The notes: generated from the sequence alone by a model not told the origin. A stretch of DNA of 64,000 nucleotides from Eledone cirrhosa (GCA_964016885.1 OZ024742.1:201872001-201936000); one strand, 5' to 3'. Numbered from the stretch's first letter, positions 13,481-27,775 are shown. Translations and numbers: made by a program.

Positions 13481-14610
13481 GTTTACATATATATATACAT
13501 ATACGTGTTTTGCAACGGGTCACTTTGTGGCTCAATGAAAAATTAATAAATTAAATAATCAGAGCTATATATCATAAAACATGTCTATAGAATCACAAGA
13601 TAAAATATATACCATTTCCTCTCCCAATTGAATCGGGTGCTCGAGTTTATATAATTACTACATAATTATTGGAAGATTCAAAATACGGATGAAACCATGG
13701 TAGAGGTATTTAAATGTATTCTACTTTCTCCTAGTTTATTTTACACCTAATTCTGTTTAGTTGACTGTATCTGGGCGATTACGCTGTCGAAATATTCGAT
13801 AAATATTCCGTTGCGGCCGACGCGAAGGGCTAGTTTCGGTTATTTGTCGGAGATTTCTTCATAGAAGCCTCATTCTTATAGCCTGGTCTATTCGATTTTT
13901 TATATAGTTAATTATGCTAATTGGGAGAGGAAATGGTATATATTTTATCTTGTGATTCTATAGACATGTTTTATGATATATAGCTCTGATTATTTAATTT
14001 ATTAATTTTTCATTGAGCCACAAAGTGACCCGTTGCAAAACACGTATATGTATATATATGTATATATATATATGTAAACTTTTATATGTAATAATCTCCC
14101 ATTAGGTTGAGATACAAATTTGGCAGCATTGTGCTGTGCTTTCTAGCAAAAATGCCACCAGTCGTAAACAACTACCACACCGCTTCCAACCTGACCGCGG
14201 CTACGTCACGATTTCTAGCCATTTTGAATGAATTCTTGGCGCGATCACTTTCGAAAATTTAGTGTCTAGATAAGAGCAAACTTCCGGTGCTCGAGTTTAT
14301 ATAATTATTACATAATTATTGGAAGACTCAAAATACGGATGAAAGTGGTAGAGGTATTTAAATGTATTCTATTTTCTCCTAGTCTATTTTACATCTAATT
14401 CTGTTTAGTTGACGCTGTCGAAATATTCGATAAATATTCCGTTGCGGCCGACGCGAAGGGCTAGTTTCGGTTATTTGTCAGAGATTTCTTCATAGAAGCT
14501 TCATTCTTATAGCCTGGTCTATTCGATTTTTTATATAGTTAATTATGCTAATTGGGAGAGGAAATGGTATATATTTTATCTTGTGATTCTATAGACATGT
14601 TTTATGATGT
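13481..14610. mobile_element. Non-coding element with inverted plus direct terminal repeats (PLE pseudo-LTR-like architecture)
   Basis: 13481-13629 is inverted at 13919-14080. 13636-13977 is directly repeated at 14286-14607. Flanked by (TA)n. Confidence 0.6.
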
Positions 14611-14846
14611 ATATATATATAGATGTATGTATAAATAGGTATATATGTATATATATGTATATGTATATATATATGTATATGTATATATGTATGTATATGT
14701 ATATATATATATGTATGTGTGTATATGTATATATGTATATATATATATATATATGTATGTATATGTATATATGTATATATGTATTGTATATGTATATATG
14801 TATATATATATATATGTTTATATATATATATATGTATGTATATATG

Positions 14847-14877
<31 letters not shown>

Positions 14878-14940
14878 GTATGTATATATATATATTTATG
14901 TATATATATGTATATGTATATGTATATATGTATATATATG

Positions 14941-14972
<32 letters not shown>

Positions 14973-15006
14973 TATGTATATGTATTTATATATATATATG
15001 TATATG

Positions 15007-15080
<74 letters not shown>

Positions 15081-15191
15081 GATTTGTGTGTATATATATA
15101 TATGTATATATATATATGTATATATATGTATATATATGTATATGTATATGTATGTATATATGTGTGGATATATATATGTATATATATATAT
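14610..15191. repeat. Long (TA)n/(TATATG)n microsatellite
   Basis: Direct reading. Confidence 0.95.
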
Positions 15192-15195
15192 CTTC

Positions 15196-15607
15196 CGGGA
15201 GAGATGACCCCTTCGCCTTTGTCAAGGCAGAATTGTAGGAGAAGGAAAACTCTGATATAACACCTGCATCCCTGATGGTTACCAATGATGTTGACTTGTT
15301 TTTCTTTTCGGTAAATATCATCTTGGTTAAGAGAGTGGGACTGGCTTTGTGCAGTGCCTTTGCTCACTATAAAAGCCTCACAGCACAGGCATTGCTTTAT
15401 ATCTGGAGATCTCTCTGCACTTGTCGTTACATGGTACCATGGGCCCAGCACTATGTGTCAGTAATAGTCACTAGTGTAGTGTTTGTACCAGAGTTTTCAA
15501 GTCGCTGGCTGGGCTAAAAAGTCACACTCGTTCAGCGCATCAGTAGGGGTTCTCCTAGATGGATATAAAGTAGTGGCCGTACTCGAAAACGAGTTGGCAG
15601 CCACCAT
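15196..15607 (+). mobile_element. Third copy of the bipartite RTE-derived element
   Basis: Same sequence; translates CSVCTRVFKSLAGLKSHTRSAHQ* near the 3' end. Confidence 0.7.
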
Positions 15608-15959
15608 GTATATATGTATGTATCTATGTACGTATGAATGTATGTATGCATTTATATGTGTGTGCATATGCGTATTGATACAGAATGATGAGAAGGGGCC
15701 ACTTGCAAGAAACAGAATGCTTTATAATGAACTAAGACAAAAGGAAGAAGGAAACGGTGTGAAATGAAAAGAAACAGAGCAGTCATGGAAATCTGTTGTT
15801 AGTAGCAGTGTACCGAAGTAACAGTGTTGTTTAAGCTAGCCTCGGAAAAGCCATCTTTCTAAAAGTCATTCATTAGTGTGTTTAGAGCAAGCTTTGAAGT
15901 CTATAAACACTTTCATATCCCTAAACTTTTAAATGTTTTTTCTCTTAATCTCTGTCTCT

Positions 15960-16007
<48 letters not shown>

Positions 16008-16082
16008 TTTGCTATATATATATATATATTCACACATATATATGCCTATGTATCAATCACACAACCGATAAGTCAGTCCATC

Positions 16083-16261
16083 GGATTGGCAGTTTCGGTA
16101 GAGGGTCTGACGCCATGTTTTGCAGCAAAGAGTTACGGCCCATTATGGTCTGAGCTCAAATCCCGCCGAGGTTAACTTTGCCTTTCATCCTTACGGGTTC
16201 GATAAAATAAAGTACCAGTAATACACTGGATATTTGCTGGTCTTGTGCCAAAAGTCGAAAC

Positions 16262-16265
<4 letters not shown>
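16083..16265 (+). mobile_element. tRNA-derived SINE (family with a Meta-domain-like body)
   Basis: A-box-like TGGCAGTTTCGGT, B-box-like GAGCTCAAATCC, body GCCTTTCATCCTTACGGG.TCGATAAAATAAAGTACCAGT. Confidence 0.85.
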
Positions 16266-16301
<36 letters not shown>

Positions 16302-17167
16302 CAAAATAACAGATTAAATTTAAGCAAAGAATCGCTGCTTTCACCTTTAACGGGATCTTCTTTCGACATTTATTATTATTACTATATATATCATATATAT
16401 ATAAATGAAAAATGGCGAGCTGTGTTGTAGCAAATATGATATATATAATAAAAATTAGAAATAGAAGCCAGGATTGTCCATCATCAGTGGGCTACAAGCC
16501 ATCATAGGTATTTCTTCGCATTACCGACCATATACCTCAGGCTAGGGCGATGCAATAACTAAAATAAGTTATTGGGATAAAAAGAGTTGGGTGGAGAAAG
16601 AGAGACAGGTAAACAAACACGAATGGTGAGGCAACGTAAAGAGAGGAAAAAATTAGAAAATCAAGTCAATAATTCATTTTGAACATAAGAACGTGTGAAT
16701 ATTGACGAGAAGACGAAAGACACATCTTGGCCGTGCGATTGTCAGCGAGGAAAGAATTTCGTACGGTGTGGGACGATGGAGGAAGTGAAAGAGAGGGTGA
16801 GAAGCCGAGAGTGAGTGAGTGAAAGTGTGAGGAAGAGGCTAGCCGAGAGAGGGTGATTAGCAGATGGGTGAGTGAAAGTAACAGGGAGAAAGAGAAAGAA
16901 GGAGGAGAGAGGAAGAGAATAGCAGTAAGGGAAGAGAAAAAGACAGATGACAGCGAATGGGAAAGCATATATGAATGAAAAATGGCGAGCTGTGTTGTTG
17001 CATATATGATATATATAATAAAGATTTAGAAACAGAAGCCAGGACTATATACCTATGATGGCTAGTAGACCACTGATGATGGATAGTCCTGGCTCCTATT
17101 TCGAAGGACTCACTTGCCATCACGCAAGCTGACGACCTGGCCAGTCCACCATTGCCTACATTTATGC

Positions 17168-17239
<72 letters not shown>

Positions 17240-17244
<5 letters not shown>

Positions 17245-20200
17245 AGATGACAAAATATCGTTATAGGTAATCCAGTTAGAGGTTGTGAATACTTCTTATT
17301 ATGGATAGTTTTAGCGTACGGCGTTGTTTGACTCCACAAGAGGTTTACGTAGATGACGAGTTTATGATTTCACTTGTATTCCTATGTAAGTTTATCTTGG
17401 AGTAATAACATTGAAAAAGTGAAGAATAACATGGTCAAGAGTACAAAAAAGGGGATTTATTTACAGTCTAACAATTGTTTCATGATTAAGTTGTCTAAAA
17501 ATTGCTGAACACTATAAGCAGTGCCACTCAATTTCAAATACGCTGTTAGCTCAATCAAATCATTAGAAACTGTTACAAAAAATATATATATAACCGGCAA
17601 ATTTACAAATTCAAATTACATCATCAATAATAATATTAATACTAAAGATAGAGAGAGAAAAAAAGAAAGAAAGGGAGATAGATAAAGGAAAGAAAGAAAG
17701 AAAGAAAGAAAGAAAAAGAAAAAGAAAAAGAAAAAGAAAAAGAAAGAAAAAGAATACAGCGAAAATATAGAAATGGTTAAATGATGATAGAAAGAGGAGA
17801 GACATGTATAAGGAGAAATAACGTAGTAGAGAAAGAACAATAGAGGGGAAATAATGATATCAACAATAAATGAATAAACGTTAATACATGAATAAATGTA
17901 AATAAAAATAAATAAATAAATAAATTACATCTAATATGATACACAATGGTATAAAATTTGAGAAATGAAAAATGAAAATATGAAAATAAATAAGTAAAAA
18001 AGTAAAAATGTGTGAAGAAAATTTAAACATATTAAGATTGTTGAAAGTGGTTTTTGAGAATGGCTAAAATATAGAGATACGAAGGTATAAATATGATAAT
18101 GTTAAATATATTTATGTGTGTATTGGTTATTTCAATAAATAAATTAATTAATTAGTTGTAAGTTATATTATATGATAAAATAAAATGTCAGAGATGAAAG
18201 AAATTTAGAGATAGAGAGTGAAAGATAGAGATATATAAAATAAGAAAGTAAATATAAGAGGTTTTGATGTTGTTTATTCATAGATGATGACAATTATAAT
18301 GATAATAATGATGATGATGATAATTTGATATTATAAGAGATCTAAGTGGTACAATTTGGGTTATGGAATAGATAAGATGAAATTAAGCTGGTCTAAAGTT
18401 CTGGAATTTGGTCGCCGTTTTATGTCGACAGAAAATAGTTCTTTCAATTTTGTTGTAATTTAAAATTTGGAAAAGTTCCATATTACAGAGACCGCAGTGG
18501 GACATACCAATTTGATAGGCCGTTGCCTTTGATAGCTTCATCCAGCTGATTCTATATTCCATGTTTGCATCCTTCAGTTGCCAGATTTTATTGGTGAGAG
18601 TCGTTGTATTTAAGAGGTTCCTGTTAATCGTAGTGTGTCTATGGGCGTAGCACCTTTTCTTAAACTCTCCAGCTGTGGAGCCACTGTAATGCCATGCTAA
18701 GCTACCTGAATTTATAGTACATATTATCTATTTTGTAATGGGCATTTCTCAGGTAGATGGTAGTTACATTTAGATGCTTTTCTATGTGCCTGTTCTTCGA
18801 TATGGTTTTGTAGGTTGCTATGTACGGACTGAGAATTGGGTTTGTTGATGTTTTGTGGTGACGTATTCAGAATGTGTTCGGTTGTTATGATGTTATATGC
18901 TTATGTTTTGTATAACGAAGGTGTTATGGTACCTATTTGCGGACTACTTGTATTATAAATTCTCTTATAGTTAATTTTATGTATGTGCGATTCTATGTTG
19001 TTGGCAGTGGAGTATGATAGTTTGGTAGTTTTTCCATTAAAGATATTATGATATTTATGAATTTTAGGGAAGTGTTTGTCAACCAGTTTGAAAAAAGTGT
19101 AAGGTAGTTTTGTTTTAATAGAGGAGTTAAACACTGGATTGAACCATAAGTACTTTCTATCTCTGCATCTTCTATAGTTATTAGTGGTCTTTATATTAGT
19201 ATTCTGTTCAATTAATTTACGTGCTTGTTGCCAATTTCTATGTTTAGTCCTAGATTTGTTGCTTCTATAGGTTGAGAAACACTTCCCTAAAATTCATAAA
19301 TATCATAAAATCTTTAATCGAAAAACTATCAAACTATCATACTCCACTGCCAACATAGAATCGCACATACATAAAATTAACTATAAAAGAATTTATAATA
19401 CAAGTAGCCCGCAAATAAGTACCATAACACCAAATACAATATCATCACAACCAAACACATGTCTGAACACATCACCACAATACATCAACAAACCCAATTC
19501 TCAGCCCGTACATAGCAACCGACATCGAAGAACAGGCACATAGGAAGGCATCTAAAGGTAACTGTCATCTACCTGATAAATGCCCATTACAAAATAGATG
19601 TCTGGAGTTAAATATAGTGTACCTCTGTACTATAAATTCAGGCAGCTTAGCATGGCACTACATAGGCTCCACAGCGGGGGAGTTTAAGAAAAGGTGCTAC
19701 GTCCATAGACACACTACGATTAACAGGAACCTCTTAAATACAACGACTTTCGCCAATAAAATCTGGCAACTCAAAGATGTAAACATGAATATAAAATCAG
19801 CTGGATGAAGCTATCAAAAGCAACGGCCTATCAAATTGATATGTCCCACAGCGGTCTCTGAAATATGGAACTTTTCCAAATTTTAAATTACAACAAAATT
19901 CTTCTTAACAGTAAAATTGAAAGAACCATTTTCTGTCGACATAAAACGGCGACCAAATTCCAGAACTTTAGACCAGCTTAATTTCATCTTATCTATTCCA
20001 TAACCCAAATTGTACCACTTAGATCTATTATAATATCACATTATCATCATCATCATCATTATTATTATAATTGTCATCATCTATGAATGAACAACATCAA
20101 AACCTCTTATATTTACATTCTTATTTTATATATCTCTATCTTTCACTCTCTATATTTCTATATTTCTCTTCCTAAATTTATTTCATCTCTGACATTTTAT

Positions 20201-20955
20201 TTTATCATATAATATAACTTACAACTAATTAATTTATTTACTTATTGAAATAACCAATACACACATAAATATATTTAACATTATCATATTTATACCTTCG
20301 TATCTATATATTTTAGCCACTCTCAAAAACCACTTTCAATAATCTTAATATGTTTAAATTTTCTTCAAACATTTTTACTTTTTTACTTATTTATTTTCAC
20401 ATTTTCATTTTTCATTTTTCACATTTTATACCATTTTGTATCATATTAGATGTAATTTATTTATTTATTTTTATTTACATTCATTCATGTATTAACGTTT
20501 ATTCATTTATTGTTGATATCGTTATTTTGCCTCTATTGTTCTTTCTCTTCTACGTTATTTCTCCTTATACATGTCTCTCCTCTTTCTATCATCCTTTATC
20601 CATATATTCTCCTCTCTCTATATTTTCTCTGTATTCTTTTTCTTTCTTTTTCTTTTTCTTTCTTTCTTTCCTTTATCTATCTCCCTTTCTTTCTTTTTTT
20701 CTCTCTCTATCAGAGAAACAATTGTTAGACTGTAAATAAATCCCCTGTTTTGTACTCTTAACCATGTTATTCTTCTCTTTTTCAATTTCATTACTCCAAG
20801 ATAAACTTACATAGGAATACAAGTGAAATCATAAACTCGCCATCTACATAAACCTCTTGTGGAGCCAAACAACGCCGTACGCTAAAACTATCCATACAAA
20901 GAAGTATTCACAACCTCTAATTGGATTACCTATAACAATATTTTGTTATCACTTA
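17240..20955. mobile_element. Penelope-like element remnant (GIY-YIG end plus long 3'UTR/pLTR) as a ~1.8-kb-arm inverted repeat
   Basis: 17240-19077 is inverted at 19277-20955. Frameshifted WFNPVFNSSIKT..FFKLVDKHFP, YIGSTAGEFKKR, CGLCNME..CRH. Confidence 0.85.
17466..17570 (-). ncRNA. Degenerate type I hammerhead motif with long stem II
   Basis: GUUU-CUAAUGA-..UGAUUGAG..CUUAAUCA-U-GAAA-CAAUUG-UU-AGAC. Core G5>A; palindromic stem III. Confidence 0.55.
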
Positions 20956-21002
20956 TATATATATTCTTTGCTTAAACTTTAATCTGTTATTTTAATAAAT
21001 AA

Positions 21003-21056
<54 letters not shown>

Positions 21057-21280
21057 GCATGCACACATACATGCATAAATGTAGGCGGTGGTGGACTGGC
21101 CAGGTCGTCAGCTTGCGTGATGGCAAGTGAGCCCTTCGGGACCCTTGGTAGTACTTTAGAGGCCAATGCAAGACTTCTCTTTCAAAAAATATCAGAAGTC
21201 CTAGAGTAAGCATAAAAACATAAGAAAAAGATAAATAAAACAATTAGGCTTACTATAGTCGATTTTTACGTGAGATCGAG

Positions 21281-21380
<100 letters not shown>

Positions 21381-21393
21381 CATATATATATAC

Positions 21394-21445
<52 letters not shown>

Positions 21446-21453
<8 letters not shown>

Positions 21454-21626
21454 ATATTTGGGGAGGGTCATATTTGCGTAATATTGCCAGAATTAATAAC
21501 AGAACACACTCACTGTTTGGTTGGTTTTCGCTTCTCGCTGTCTTTTATATCTGCGATCTAACTTACTCGGTCCTCAATGTAACAATATCTGTTTCGACAC
21601 ACGATTTCATATAAAAAACCTCGCAA

Positions 21627-21630
<4 letters not shown>
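21446..21630. mobile_element. Solo terminal fragment of the PLE family at 35.5-38.9 kb, within (TA)n
   Basis: Matches 35468-35610, joined to the tail sequence of 38814-38862. Confidence 0.85.
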
Positions 21631-21707
<77 letters not shown>

Positions 21708-22289
21708 CGTGTGCGTGTGTGTGTGTATAAACCATGTACGAAGCCGAATTTTCGCTTTTGAAGCGATGAGTATATATGTAATTATATAAATATAAAGAAA
21801 TCCTTACGTTAGCTTAAAGTATGAAAGAACATAAAGATACCAATATACCTTTAAAAAGACATGAAAATTCAAGCAGTATGCTGGTTATATAACTGCCAAT
21901 TTTAAATGGTAAAGAAGAAGAAGAAGAAGAAGAAGAAGTATTTTGTTTCTTGTTTTGCTAACGAGAAGAAGGCAGCAGATGCGGCCCTCGCATTGGAAGC
22001 TCTAGGTGTGGAATGTGGCTATAGCTTCCTTTGGCTTCGCTCTGCTGAAACAGCGCTCGTATGTGTATCTATGTATGAATATATATATTTATATATATAT
22101 AATATCAATACACTGCCAATGGTGAGTGGTAAGTTCTAGCGTCAGTCTCGAGGGTAAATGACTGGAGACTTATATATCTGTCCCTGTATGTGTATATATA
22201 TATATATATATATATAGGGCGGGGGGGGGGGGTATGTTTTGTGTGTGTAGCAAGAGAGAGTTCTAGTTTAAATTAACACATCTCTCTAT

Positions 22290-22447
22290 AGAAGAAGGTA
22301 ACTCTGATATAAAACCTGTGACATCGTTTGCATTCAATGATGTAGATCAGTTCTACTTTTTGGGTAAATGCATTCGATGTTCAGAGAGCGAGACTAGCCC
22401 CGCGAAAGTCTTTCCCCACTTAAAAAGCTTCAGGCACTGACATGGCT
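22290..22447 (+). mobile_element. Old diverged fragment of the RTE-derived element
   Basis: GAAGAAGGTAACTCTGATATAAAACCTG...AAAAGCTTCAGGCAC aligns to 11970-12122. Confidence 0.6.
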
Positions 22448-22654
22448 TATGGTTCTTTCTCTCTCTCTATATATATATATCTTCTATTTATTAGGCTGTT
22501 TTATTTAGTCAAAAATATAACAGGCACTATTTCACTATCAATTTTTAGATTCTCCGCTGTTTGTAAACAAACGCTAAAAGCTTTGTATCTTATAAAGATG
22601 TATTCATACGCTATGATTATATAGCTTCAAAGTAAATGCAAATTTTTTCTGACT

Positions 22655-22726
22655 GCCGTAATGGTGTAATGGTAACGAAATGTCCATTGTATCTAGGGAA
22701 GTGGGTTCGTGTCCTACATACGTCAA
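22655..22726 (+). pseudogene. Degenerate tRNA-like sequence
   Basis: GCCGTA..TACGTCA acceptor-like ends, A box TGGTGTAATGG, B box GGTTCGTGTCC. The anticodon arm pairs poorly. Confidence 0.45.
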
Positions 22727-23644
22727 TGCTCATTAATTTTTCCATTTCTGTGGGTTTTTATAACTCCATTTATTAGGCTGATTTATTTAGTAAAAAATAC
22801 AATAGAGGAACTATTTCACTATCTAATTTTCAAATTCTCCGCTGTTTGTAAAAGCTTTGTAGTTAATATATATATATAAATATTGAGTGTGAAAGACCAT
22901 AGCTCATTACTGCTATTTTGTGGATGTGTATGTTTCACAAGCTCTTTTTTTATTAGAGAAGGGAAGAAATTCTTCATATATTCTATAATGCGTATTCTTA
23001 CTTTACAAGTTTATTTTAGTTTTTTTATTCGATATAAAAATTAAATGTTAGAATTGTAGTTGTGGGTGGGTCCCTTCGTCTCCTCTTGGTAACCAATATT
23101 TTTAGACCTAGTCCACTAATGTGTGTAGGCCCTTCTCATCTCTTTGCACTTATCGTTAACTACATGTAGACGAATATTTTTAAACTCGCTCGAATATTTA
23201 TAACTCTCTGTTATACATGTAGATCATTGAAGAGGCAACTGAAAATTAACTGCAATATAATGTACAAGAATACATACAAACCATCTTTTCGTACGATGTT
23301 CACATAATTTTTCCCTACGGATTTTCATACAAAAAACCTCAGTCAATTCGAAGCTAGATTAAATGATTTATGTCCGATGTTTCTCGAGATGGTACCAAAC
23401 CCCGGAACCACTTGATTGTGAATTTCTGTGGATTTCTTACTTCTTATAGAAGAAGCAACAAGTGAAGCAATACAAACCTAGCAAGGTGTAATTTGAAGTC
23501 ATGGGTAACAATTCATAGCATTCATCACACGAAATCACTTCTTAACTAAACCAATGACGCAATGTATAAATATATATACACCTTCCATAGAGATATATAT
23601 ATACACATATATATTTTATATATATATGTATATTTAAACATATG

Positions 23645-23678
<34 letters not shown>

Positions 23679-24199
23679 ATATTATATATTATATATATGT
23701 GTGTGTATTTAAACATATACATATATATAGGTATGTGTGTGTTTAAACATATATATGCGTGAACGTGTGTGCATGTGTTTGTGTGTGTGCGTTTGCGTGT
23801 CTGAGTATGTTTACGTTCTGGTTGATAGACATTGTTTAAAACTTGCTCTCTAGGCTAATTCCCTTACTGACAACCGTAATTTGAATTTCACGGTTTCACC
23901 AATACATCTCTATATCTTAATATTTAGCGGATCATTTAACTATAAGCACCAATATAGCTTGAAGCAATATAAAGGAAAGGAAAGACGACCAATAAGTTGA
24001 AGTTTGCATTTGATGTCCTTATGAGGTGGGCATTTGAGTGACAGAATCGGTAGAGCGCCGTACAAATGTTTTGCCTATTTAGGTTCAGGGATTAAGACCG
24101 TCCGACGTCAACTTTACTTTCATTCTTTCCGAGTCACTAAAAGTACCAATAAAGTACCATTCACATTTCTGACTTCATGTTTATGTTCGAAAAGATTAT

Positions 24200-24585
24200 G
24201 ATTAAAAGGTAATGAAAGCCGTGGATGAGCGTCGAATAAAATGCTTTGCTCCGAATAAAAAGATTTGCGCCATATGTTAATGCTGTTTTGTGTCTGAATT
24301 CAAATCCCGCAAAGTTCAACTTAGATGTTCACCCTCCGTGCTTAAAAAAATAAAGTGTCGGTCTTATAGAGGAGGAGGGTCCAAGTAATCGACTCTGCTC
24401 GCTCAACATATTGCTGGCCTTGTGCTTAAATTAGAAATCATTCTTAAAATACTTTTCAATAGTTGGCAGAATCGTTAGAGCGTCAAATAAGGTGACTTAC
24501 GATATGTGTACCAGATATTTACGCTCTGAGTTCGAATCTAACTTAGGTCGATGAAATAAAGTATCACTCAATTATATGGGTCGAT
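24200..24585 (+). mobile_element. Degenerate tandem SINE pair, repeated at 25680-25995
   Basis: Same SINE motifs; ~320 bp directly repeated 1.4 kb downstream. Confidence 0.7.
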
Positions 24586-24767
24586 ATAAAAAGGCAGAAG
24601 ATGCAGCTCTAACTGTGGGTGTGTGGCTATAGCTTCCTTCCGCTTCGCTCTGCTGAAACAGCGCTCGTATGTGTGTGTATATATATATATAATTGGTGTG
24701 GGATGCTTAAAATGACCGTAAGCGGTATGCCGTATGAGCACTCGATGCTCTTACAGAGCAGAGTATA

Positions 24768-25077
24768 ATATCACATAAGAAACGGAGAATCAGTGGTGCG
24801 ACGAATAAGATTTATTAAACATAATACAATCGTTTTTCTGGCGACCAGCTCGAGGCACGATCGATGCAATGATCAAACCTGACTCTGGAAACTCTGCTTC
24901 GTAGAATCGAGACATATCTGAGAATCTTGCGATTTCAGAGTCAGGTTTGATCATTGCATCGATCGTGCCGCCTCGAGCTGGTCGCCAGAAAAACGAGCTG
25001 GTCGCCAGAGAAACGATTGTAATAACTCTAATAAATCTTATTCATCGCAACACTGATTCTCCGTTTCTTATGTGATA
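24768..25077. repeat. Foldback element (~120-145-bp arms) ending in (TA)n
   Basis: ATATCACATAAGAAACGGAGAATCAGTG... is the reverse complement of ...CACTGATTCTCCGTTTCTTATGTGATAT. Confidence 0.9.
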
Positions 25078-25430
25078 TATATATATATATATATAAAAGG
25101 TAAACAGAAATAACAACACAATCGGTACAGTATATGGAAGGTATATATTAGCTTAATGTTTGATATAGCAGGAAGAAGGGCTTAACGTTCATCAGAAGAA
25201 AGAATGAGAAATAGAATAGATTGAGGGGACGGGCGGGATGGAATTGGAAAAAATGTCTTTAGATAAAAATAACATGTCCATTCATGTTGACATCTCTTGC
25301 AAAACTGTTGGTGCCGGCGTTTTGTGTATGATTTATTTTTTAGAAAAGTGGATAATGGAGCGCGTCTACTTGAAATGGAAAATAAACCGTTTTGTAAAAA
25401 GAACCATACTTGAGCACGTGCGTAAGCATG

Positions 25431-25541
<111 letters not shown>

Positions 25542-26047
25542 TTTTATAGGTCCGTACGGAGCTAAGAAGAAATGTGTGTGTATATGTGAGTAAAAGAGTG
25601 TGTGTGCATGTAAGTACGAAGCTATGAGCAAAAGTATGTTAATATAAGGCTGTGTATCGGCATGTATTAGTAGTACATATATGTTAATGCTCTTTTGCGT
25701 CTGAGTGCAAATCCCGCAATGGCCAACTTAGATGTTCACCTTTCCGGGCTTAAGAAAATGAAGTACCGGTCTTATAGAGGAGGTGGGGTCCAAGTAATCG
25801 ACTATGCTCTCTCAACATATTGCTGGCCTTGTACTTCAATTAGAAATCATTTTTAAAATGGTTTTAAATAGTTGGCAGAATCGTTAGAGCATCAAATAAG
25901 ATGATTTATGATATGTGTACCAGATTTTTACGCTCTGAGTTCGAATCTCACTGATGTCGATGAAATAAAGTATCACTCAATTACATGGGTCGATATAATT
26001 GGCTAAGATATCACTTAAACGTTATTGCTTCCTACCTATGTTAAACA

Positions 26048-27015
26048 GGCGGTGAATTGGCAGAGTCGTTAGAACGTCGGATATAATGCTTTATGGTATT
26101 TGTTGTAATTCTCTGCTCTGTGAGTTCAAATCCCACTGAGGTCAGCTTTCTCTTTCATCCTTTCGTGGTCGATAAAAAAGTACCAGTCTAGTACTGGGAT
26201 CGATACTTCCTCTATATCTCTTTCTCCTTTCCTCTCTCTCTCACTTTCTATCTTTCTCTGGAAGAAATCTGTTGCTGTACCTAGGCCTGGAGAGGGATGG
26301 GCTCCACCGGGCTTAAAATGCCCAAGAAACGCCGTATGTCAGTACGGCACCCCTACAATTCTATCAGGAGTTACAGAACCATACATACCTAGATTACACA
26401 TGGTTAATAAAATCATTTGAGTGTTGTATAAAATTCCATGCTAAGTTCAAAATACTTTCAAGGTTAATTATAGCTTTCAGTCCTCCAGGTTCGGTAACAC
26501 ATATTATCAAAGAAATCCTCTAATTAATCACATCTCCATCAAATTCGAAGTCCCTGCTTGTACTAGAAAACAATATCAATGGTTTCTGACTTAGGTTCAA
26601 TGTCAGCAAAGCGGAAAGTCGAATAAATCAACCCCAGTGCCTGACTGGTACTTTATTTTCTCGACCCGTAAGGATGAAAGGCAAAGCTAACCTCGGCGTG
26701 TTTTGAACTCAAAACGTAAAGAGACATAACTATGCCACGAAGCATTGTATCAGACGCCTTACCGATGCTGCCAATCCACCACCATAGAAAACAATATTAA
26801 TGATTTCTAGTATAGGTACCAGGACAGCAAGTTGGGGGAGGGGGGGAAGGGGAGTCAATTAAATGGACCCCCAGTGCTTTTTTTTAAACGACCCTGTAAG
26901 GATGAAAGGTAAAGATAACCTCGTCGGGATTTGAACTCAGACCGTAAAGGACCGTAACTCTATGCTGCAAAGCATGGTGTCCGACTCTCTACCGATACTA
27001 CCAATCCACCGCCCT
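26048..27015. mobile_element. Cluster of tRNA-SINE copies (26048-26200 +; 26570-26780 -; 26795-27015 -)
   Basis: SINE consensus motifs on both strands. Confidence 0.75.
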
Positions 27016-27428
27016 AGAAAACAATAAAATGCGTTCATAAGACTATCTTAGAATTGTGAATTAGATGAAATGTATTGCTTGCGTTGGCATATTTTGTGTA
27101 CAGCTCTTTATGTTGGAGTTGAAACACATCCCAGGTCAATTTCTTCTTTCATTTGTCCGGAATAGATAAATTTCCGTTCCACTCGTGTCTATAAGTCAAT
27201 ATATATAGATTTATTCCGCCTCTTGGAATCTATATTGCTGATCCCTTGTGTATTTACAGTTATAGAAATCTGTGAGTGTTTCACTGAAACTAAATAGTTA
27301 CTTATTATACGGACTGGACATGTCATATTCAGTTTCCTCACCAAACAAACTATGACAAAGCTATGTTTATGGATTACACACAAACACACACACACACACA
27401 CACACATACACACACACACAAACACACA

Positions 27429-27500
<72 letters not shown>

Positions 27501-27575
27501 CTACTAATCAGCGTGCAATGAATAGAGTAATGCAGAGGGTGTTTAGATTTAAAATCCTGCGATAGGGATGTTACA

Positions 27576-27623
<48 letters not shown>

Positions 27624-27685
27624 CATATATAAATATATATATATATATATATACATAAATATATATATATATATATATATATATT

Positions 27686-27726
<41 letters not shown>

Positions 27727-27727
27727 G

Positions 27728-27775
<48 letters not shown>

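Noticed and set aside
17070-17092. CCA-CTGATGA-TGGATAGTCC-TGG hammerhead-like motif (also 16468-16490 -)
   Set aside because: It lacks GAAA and stem III; at best a deleted remnant.
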